Source: Bacteroidales bacterium UBA1197 (GTDB lineage: Bacteria; Bacteroidota; Bacteroidia; Bacteroidales; UBA932). From it: DNA of 64,000 nucleotides. Shown piece after piece: positions 58,002-64,000 of the stretch. Positions within the stretch are counted from its first letter, which is position 1. Every line of letters begins with the position of its first letter. The translations under genes and the position numbers were made by a program. The notes under the pieces were generated by a model that was not told the DNA's origin, did no database searches, and was given only the letters and a program-made list of their open reading frames with translations. The DNA is taken from NCBI GenBank assembly GCA_002309995.1, contig DBYB01000051.1, forward strand, positions 678 to 64,677, given 5' to 3'.

Positions 58002-59117
58002 ATGCCGGTTTTGAAGAAAATAGTCATACAGGATTTCCGCAACATACAACTGCAGGAACTGGCTTTTTCTCCCAACATAAACTGCATCTGGGGAGGCAAC
58101 GGAGAGGGCAAGACCAACCTGCTGGACGCCATCTATTACCTCTCTATGACCAAGAGCGGCATTCAGGCTTCCGACAAGTTCGTCTTCCGCCACGGCTGCC
58201 GCGGCTTCGCGCTCAGCGGACTCTACGACCTACAGGGCGAGGACGACGTACGTTTCTCCATCCAGGTTACCGACGGAGCGGAGAAGAAAGTGCGGCGCGG
58301 AGACAAGCAGTACGCCCGCGTGTCCGAGCACATCGGAGTACTCCCCATAGTGATGGTCTCCCCCGCCGACACCGACCTGGTGAGCGAGTCGGGCGAGGAG
58401 CGCCGCCGTTTCGCCAACGCGTTCATCTCCCAGATCGACCGTCAGTATCTGGCTGATTTACAGCAATACAACCGTCTGCTCGCCCAGCGCAACAAGCTCC
58501 TCAAGGAGCACACGCAGGACGACGGGCTCCTCGATGTCTTCGACCTTAGGATGGCCCCGCTCGCAGCAGGCATTGCCGAGGCCCGCAGGCGTTTCGCCGC
58601 CACCATCGACCCCATAGCCGGGGGCTACTACCGCGCCATTTCCGGCGGCCGCGAGCAGGTGTCGGTAGGATACAAGACCGACCTGGACAAGGGCCCGCTG
58701 GACGAAGTGATGCGGGAGCACCGCCAGAGGGACTACGCCCTCGGATACACCACCGCAGGCATTCAGCGCGACGACTTCCCCTTCACGATGGAGGACTTCC
58801 CCATACGCCGCTGCGGCTCCCAGGGGCAGCAGAAATCCTTCCTCGTGGCCCTCAAGTTCGCCCAGTACGAAATAATGAAGAACAACTGGGGCTTCCCTCC
58901 CATACTCCTGCTGGACGACCTCTTCGACAAGCTGGATATGGACCGCGTCGGGAACCTTCTGCAGATGGTAGCCGGGAACGACTTCGGGCAGATTTTCATA
59001 TCCGACACCGACAAGACGCGCACGGAAGCTCTGATAGACCACATAACCTCGGACAGGGCGTACTTCAAGGCGTCCGCCGGCAGTTTCACCAAGCTCGATG
59101 GAGACCTACAGGTTTAA
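58002..59117 (+). CDS. recF: DNA replication/repair protein RecF
   Basis: FRN, GGNGEGKTN, SQGQQK and LLLDD motifs. Confidence 0.95.
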   Translation: MPVLKKIVIQDFRNIQLQELAFSPNINCIWGGNGEGKTNLLDAIYYLSMTKSGIQASDKFVFRHGCRGFALSGLYDLQGEDDVRFSIQVTDGAEKKVRRGDKQYARVSEHIGVLPIVMVSPADTDLVSESGEERRRFANAFISQIDRQYLADLQQYNRLLAQRNKLLKEHTQDDGLLDVFDLRMAPLAAGIAEARRRFAATIDPIAGGYYRAISGGREQVSVGYKTDLDKGPLDEVMREHRQRDYALGYTTAGIQRDDFPFTMEDFPIRRCGSQGQQKSFLVALKFAQYEIMKNNWGFPPILLLDDLFDKLDMDRVGNLLQMVAGNDFGQIFISDTDKTRTEALIDHITSDRAYFKASAGSFTKLDGDLQV

Positions 59118-59430
59118 GCGCAAGAACGCGATGCCCCTCTCCCGGGCCATTCAGGAGTACCTCCGGGAAGCCCGCCTCACATCGGGCCTCAACACCCGGC
59201 TGATCTTCTCCGCCTGGGACGAAGTCTCCGGCGCAGGCCCCTTCACCATCAAGCGCTTCTTCCGTTCCGGCACGCTTTACATCACCCTGAATTCATCTGT
59301 AGTGCGGGAGCAGCTGAAGCCACGTAAGCAATTGTTGAAAGACAAGTTAAACGAACGCCTTTCGGGCGACGAAATGTTTTCCCAGGACGACCGCAACGCC
59401 TCCTGGGTTGAAGATATAGTCTTGAAATGA
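59098..59430 (+). CDS. DUF721 / DciA family protein
   Basis: W..VSG and GTLYITLNSSVVREQL motifs; follows recF. Confidence 0.8.
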   Translation: METYRFKRKNAMPLSRAIQEYLREARLTSGLNTRLIFSAWDEVSGAGPFTIKRFFRSGTLYITLNSSVVREQLKPRKQLLKDKLNERLSGDEMFSQDDRNASWVEDIVLK

Positions 59431-60467
59431 AGATAATAATCGACAGCGCCATACCTTTCATCCAGGGAGTCCTGGAACCTTATGCCGAGGTAGTGTATCT
59501 GGAGGGCTCGGCCATCAGTCCGAAAGACGTCAAGGATGCGGACGGCCTCATCATACGCACGCGCACCAGGTGCAACGCCGAATTGCTCGACGGCAGTTCC
59601 GTGCGGTGCATCTCCACCGCCACAATCGGCACCGACCACATCGACCTGGACTACTGCAAGCAGAACGGCATCCACGTACAGCACGCCAGCGGTTGCAATG
59701 CCGGCGGAGTAATGAATTACGTACTTTCAGCCATCTACGGCATCGCGTCGCGCAAGCGCTTACGTATGGAAGGCGTGACCGTAGGAATAATAGGCGTGGG
59801 CAACGTGGGCTCACGCGTGTCGCGCGCCCTGCAGCTGCTGGGCCTGAAAGTGCTCCAGTGCGACCCTCCCCGGGCGGCCGTCGAAGGACCGGCGCAGTTC
59901 TGTGACCAGGATTACCTGCTGCGCAACTCCGACATCGTCACGATGCACGTCCCACTCAACGCGAGCACCCGCAATATGGCCGACGCCCGTTTTTTCTCCA
60001 CAATGAAGCTCGGGGCCATCTTCGTTAACACCTCCCGCGGCGAGATAGTGGTCGAGCAGGACCTCCTGAACGCCATCTCCACCACCAAACTGGGCTCCGC
60101 CATACTCGACACCTGGTGCAACGAGCCATACATCAACAAGGACCTGCTCGATATGGTGGACATCGCCACTCCGCACATCGCCGGCTACTCCTTCCAGGGC
60201 AAACTGCTGGGCACCTCAATGGCAGTGCGTGCCCTTGCCAGGTACTTCGGCATCGCACCGCTGTACGACTTCTTCCCCAACCCCGGCGACCAGCCGCGCG
60301 ACGCCGTAAAACTGGACCTCAGGGGCCGTACGCAGGGCCAGATTGCGTCCATCATCCAGTACAACTACCCCATCTTTACGGACGATTTCATCTTCCGTGT
60401 AGATCCCGACCGCTTCGAATTCCTCCGCGAGCACTACCGATACAGACGAGAATTTTTTATAGACTGA
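59427..60467 (+). CDS. pdxB: 4-phosphoerythronate dehydrogenase
   Basis: RTRT, ATIGTDHID, GCNA, GVGNVG and TPHIAGYS motifs. Confidence 0.9.
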   Translation: MKIIIDSAIPFIQGVLEPYAEVVYLEGSAISPKDVKDADGLIIRTRTRCNAELLDGSSVRCISTATIGTDHIDLDYCKQNGIHVQHASGCNAGGVMNYVLSAIYGIASRKRLRMEGVTVGIIGVGNVGSRVSRALQLLGLKVLQCDPPRAAVEGPAQFCDQDYLLRNSDIVTMHVPLNASTRNMADARFFSTMKLGAIFVNTSRGEIVVEQDLLNAISTTKLGSAILDTWCNEPYINKDLLDMVDIATPHIAGYSFQGKLLGTSMAVRALARYFGIAPLYDFFPNPGDQPRDAVKLDLRGRTQGQIASIIQYNYPIFTDDFIFRVDPDRFEFLREHYRYRREFFID

Positions 60468-60475
60468 CACATATT

Positions 60476-61969
60476 ATGGACAACACTAAGATCACCGCCG
60501 AACTCGAGCGTTTCAAGAAGGGTTTCCCCTGGCTCGACATCGTCGCTCCCGCAACGCCGGAGCGTGGAATTGAAGTTCTTACCCCGGAAGAGGCCGCCGA
60601 GGCCGAGGCGTACTGCGACACCGCCGACGTGGAGGGCCGCAGCAAATTCGTGCCTGCCTCAGGCGCCGCTTCCCGTATGTTCAAGGACATCTTCGCCGGC
60701 GCCGACTCCGAGAACGATGCCGTCCGCAAGCTGGCCGCCGAACTGGAGAAGTTCGCATTCTACGACCCCGAGACGTTCGGCACGGCCCCGTACGATCCCT
60801 GCGCCACCGCCCACAAGTTGCTGGACGAGGACGGACTGGGCTACGGCAAGAAGCCCAAGGGCGTGCTGAAGTTCCACCGCTATCCCGAAGAAGTGCGCAC
60901 CGCAATCGCCGAGCACTTCGTTGAAGGACAGGCATATATGAAGAACGCCAACGGAGGCGTGAAACTCATCGTGACCATCTCCCCGGAGCACCGCGAGCTC
61001 TTCGAAGCCGCCGTGGCCGAGATTAAAGACAAGTACGAAAAACGCTACGGAGTGCGCTACGAGGTGGAATTCACCTATCAGGACAAAGCTACCGACACCG
61101 TTGCGGCCACCCCCGACAACAAGCCTTTCCTCAAGGCCGACGGCACTCCCCTCTTCCGCCCTGCAGGCCACGGCGCCCTTATCCACAACCTGAACAAGGT
61201 GGACGAGGAGCTCGTGTCCATCAAGAATATCGACAATGTATGCGTGGAGAGTATGCAGCCCGTCACCTATAAATGGAAGAAGGTGCTTATGGGCCGTGCG
61301 CTCGAGCTCCGCGACAGGATATTCAACTACATCGTCACGCTCGACCAGATAACCGAGCTGCGCAAGAACCTCGCCGACTTCTGCTTCATCCCCGGCAACA
61401 ACGTCTATCAGGACGACCCGTTCGCCACGCCCGAATGCCAGGAGCTCTGCAACGAGATCGAGCAGTTCCTCTACGACGAGCTCTGCATCGAGATGCCTCC
61501 CGCAAAGGACTGTCGTGCCCGTGCCGAGGCCCTTCGTGCCAAGCTCAACCGTCCCATCCGCGTGTGCGGAATGGTGAAGAACGAGGGCGAGCCCGGCGGC
61601 GGCCCGTTCATCATCAGGGCGGCTGACGGCAGCACTTCCCTGCAGATTCTCGAAAGCGTGCAGATCAATCCCGACGACCCCGCAGCCGTAGCGGCCCTCA
61701 AAGGCGCCACTCACTTCAACCCGGTCGATCTCGTTTGCTGCCTGCGCGACTACAAGGGCGACAAGTTCAACCTCCTGGAGCACGTGGACGAAGAAGCCGG
61801 CTTCATCAGCAGCAAGAGCTACGAAGGCCGTCCCATCAAGGCCCTGGAGCTCCCCGGCCTCTGGAACGGCGCAATGTCGGACTGGAACACCCTGTTCGTA
61901 GAAGTGCCCATCGAAACCTTCAACCCCGTAAAAACCGTCCTCGACCTGCTCAGACCGGCCCATCAATGA
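60476..61969 (+). CDS. DUF4301 family protein
   Basis: KFVPASGAASRMFK, FRPAGHGAL, GEPGGGPF and ELPGLWNG motifs. True start is 60476. Confidence 0.88.
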   Translation: MDNTKITAELERFKKGFPWLDIVAPATPERGIEVLTPEEAAEAEAYCDTADVEGRSKFVPASGAASRMFKDIFAGADSENDAVRKLAAELEKFAFYDPETFGTAPYDPCATAHKLLDEDGLGYGKKPKGVLKFHRYPEEVRTAIAEHFVEGQAYMKNANGGVKLIVTISPEHRELFEAAVAEIKDKYEKRYGVRYEVEFTYQDKATDTVAATPDNKPFLKADGTPLFRPAGHGALIHNLNKVDEELVSIKNIDNVCVESMQPVTYKWKKVLMGRALELRDRIFNYIVTLDQITELRKNLADFCFIPGNNVYQDDPFATPECQELCNEIEQFLYDELCIEMPPAKDCRARAEALRAKLNRPIRVCGMVKNEGEPGGGPFIIRAADGSTSLQILESVQINPDDPAAVAALKGATHFNPVDLVCCLRDYKGDKFNLLEHVDEEAGFISSKSYEGRPIKALELPGLWNGAMSDWNTLFVEVPIETFNPVKTVLDLLRPAHQ

Positions 61970-63087
61970 AATTCTTTAGACTTCTCTTGCTGTTAGCCCC
62001 GTCACTGCTGTGGTCCTGCGAGAATATGGACTACGACATTTCGAAGGGCATAGATAAAGAGATAACCCTGTTTTCCGATGAGGTAAGCGTCCCCGTCGGT
62101 GATGTCGGGCCGATTTCGCCCAAGCAGCTGCTGAACAAAAGCGGTATGGGCGAAATGCTCGGCTCGTTCGTGACCGAAGACCAGGACGGTTACCTCGTGG
62201 TGGAGAACAGCGGCACTTCGGATGCATCCTACGTGATGCTTCTGGCATACACCATCCCGGACCAGACCAAGCCCGCCGACGTGCCTCTGGCCGCTTTCTC
62301 AGGAACTATGCAGGACAAGTCTTCGGTATTGAAGTCCTTCGGGTTCTCCCTTGCGCCGCAGGTTTTCAGCCTCACCGTAGCGAACCCCCTCACCGAAGAA
62401 ATCTCCGTTTCCGGCAAGATGACGCTTTCGTCGCAGGCCTCGGGCGAAACCCCTGCAGAGACCTTGTATGCCAAGGAGTTCTCCGGAGTCGTCGCCGCGC
62501 CGGGCACTAAGGACGCGCAGGTGCTCCGCGTGGAGCAGGACGGCGTGCAGGCCATTTCCGGCTACAAAGTTGAGAACGTCAGCCTTCACCTCCCCGCATC
62601 CATCCTGACCAAGGACCCCCTGCAGGGCCTTGGAGCCTTTTATCTCGCTTACAACTACAAAGCCTACCTTTCCCTCACGTCCGACTTGCCTGTCGTCCTT
62701 CCTATAGAAATCAACGACCTCAAGGCACCGCTCGGGCAATACCAGGTAAAGGAGGCCGTTATCCGTATGGATGTCGTGAACGAGATTCCCCTCACTCTGG
62801 TGCTGGACAGCGTGGACGTGCTTTCGGAGCAGGCAGATGCAACGGTAAGCGTCACTCCCGGGCTGACCCTGGCGGCAGGCTGTCCGGCCAAGCCCGTGAC
62901 GTCTCCGCTGGAGATAGAGGCCAAGGCCACGGACGGTACGATTCCCGACATCAGCGGAATCCGGCTCAACATTGCGGTCAAAGCCCCCGTCGGGGTGGAA
63001 GATGCGCGCCTGGGAATGAGCCAGAAAATCAGTTTCAATAATATCCGCGCCACTATTTCGGGCGGAATAACCATCCAGGGCCTATGA
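61966..63087 (+). CDS. Hypothetical lipoprotein
   Basis: MKFFRLLLLLAPSLLWSC lipobox; ATGA overlaps on both sides. Confidence 0.75.
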   Translation: MKFFRLLLLLAPSLLWSCENMDYDISKGIDKEITLFSDEVSVPVGDVGPISPKQLLNKSGMGEMLGSFVTEDQDGYLVVENSGTSDASYVMLLAYTIPDQTKPADVPLAAFSGTMQDKSSVLKSFGFSLAPQVFSLTVANPLTEEISVSGKMTLSSQASGETPAETLYAKEFSGVVAAPGTKDAQVLRVEQDGVQAISGYKVENVSLHLPASILTKDPLQGLGAFYLAYNYKAYLSLTSDLPVVLPIEINDLKAPLGQYQVKEAVIRMDVVNEIPLTLVLDSVDVLSEQADATVSVTPGLTLAAGCPAKPVTSPLEIEAKATDGTIPDISGIRLNIAVKAPVGVEDARLGMSQKISFNNIRATISGGITIQGL

Positions 63088-64000
63088 AAAAGACATTGTT
63101 CGTCATTTTGTCGCTGACCATCGGCGTAAGCGCCTGGGCTCAGGAAATCGGCAATCCGGCCGAGACTCCTGATTACGGTTTCCTGCGGGTGGGTGAATTC
63201 CAGAGTATCTCCCGGAACAACGTGGGTGCTGCGGCATTCCTCTTCCCTGCAGAAGACAAACTGGTAACGGGACTCCATCAGTCCATATCGGCCGACAGCT
63301 TCCTGGAAGGCCTCCAGCCCGTAAACAGTATCTACGGCGATATAAGCTACAACCTCGTCTCCTACGGCTGGAAGGGCCGCGCTAACGGTTTCCATACCAT
63401 CCAACTTGGAGCCAGGGCCAATTACGGCCTCTCCGTTCCCAAGGAAATCTTCCAGATCCTCAAGACCGGCACGGCACAGTCTCCCTACGACCTGTCCACC
63501 CTCAGGGCCTTCGGCAACGCGTACGGCGAGATTGCCTACGGCTATTCCGCGAAGATATGTGACAATTTCAGCATCGGTGCTCGCTTGAAACTCCTCGTGG
63601 GCCTTAACAGCGCCGACCTTTCCGTCATGAGCCTGGAACTCACCACCACGGAACAGCTGTATTCCATCAACCTCGACGCCGACATCGACCTCACCAACCG
63701 CGACAAGAAGATCGGCACCGACGACAACGGCTATATGGACTTCACGAGTCTCACCGGCAAGGGAAAACTCGGCTGGCCATCCGGAGCCGGCCTCGCCGCC
63801 GACCTCGGCCTTGTGTGGAAGCCCTTCGACGGCTTCACCCTGTCGGCCTCCGTGCTCGACCTGGGAGGCATCTTCTGGTATTACGGTAACGCCGGCATTT
63901 CGTCCGGCTCCTACAGTTTCACCGGCCTCAAGAGTCTCTCTACCGATGAATTCAACGAGGAAGCCCTCGGCGCCAGGCTGAAGGGATTGGGAGACGAACT
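63084..64000 (+). CDS. DUF5723-like outer-membrane beta-barrel protein (runs off the window end)
   Basis: Open frame MKKTLFVILSLTIGVSAWAQ...; EIAYGYS, GARLKLLVG, GLAADLG and SASVLDLG motifs. Absent from the ORF track because it has no stop in the window. Confidence 0.75.
   Translation, partial: MKKTLFVILSLTIGVSAWAQEIGNPAETPDYGFLRVGEFQSISRNNVGAAAFLFPAEDKLVTGLHQSISADSFLEGLQPVNSIYGDISYNLVSYGWKGRANGFHTIQLGARANYGLSVPKEIFQILKTGTAQSPYDLSTLRAFGNAYGEIAYGYSAKICDNFSIGARLKLLVGLNSADLSVMSLELTTTEQLYSINLDADIDLTNRDKKIGTDDNGYMDFTSLTGKGKLGWPSGAGLAADLGLVWKPFDGFTLSASVLDLGGIFWYYGNAGISSGSYSFTGLKSLSTDEFNEEALGARLKGLGDE

Noticed and set aside
60116-60475. N-terminal extensions of DUF4301 (and of ORFs starting at 61735, 13059 and 3332)
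   Set aside because: They overlap upstream genes or promoters; downstream ATGs with signal peptides or ATGA coupling fit better.

Overview
This is a chromosomal window from a high-GC Bacteroidales bacterium. The evidence is a SusC/SusD pair, TAnnTTTG promoters, and GSCFA, DUF4301- and DUF5723-like genes; an RC9/Cryptobacteroides-like origin is inference only. From left to right: (1) 1-3.2 kb is the probable right end of a tRNA-targeted genomic island carrying an AbiE-type toxin-antitoxin pair. (2) 3.2-15.4 kb is a patchwork of housekeeping genes (luxS, gpsA, umuDC, rny) with small cargo insertions at convergent-gene junctions, several marked by palindromic REP-like DNA or duplicated junctions. 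(3) 15.5-24.9 kb is a CAZyme-free SusCD locus with a metallophosphoesterase that splits the zapB-zapA-(6S RNA candidate)-rny unit. (4) 25.8-52 kb is a Wzx/Wzy capsule locus with a GDP-heptose pathway, a Twitch-type radical SAM enzyme, an ATP-grasp enzyme and a flavoprotein. (5) 52-64 kb holds core genes (ffh, yebC, recF, dciA, pdxB). The leads most worth follow-up are the palindrome-anchored insertion hotspots with local strand-skew reversal, the phosphoesterase SusCD system, the radical SAM/heptose capsule chemistry and an unannotated 6S-like RNA. All family calls come from motif recognition by eye; no database searches were run.
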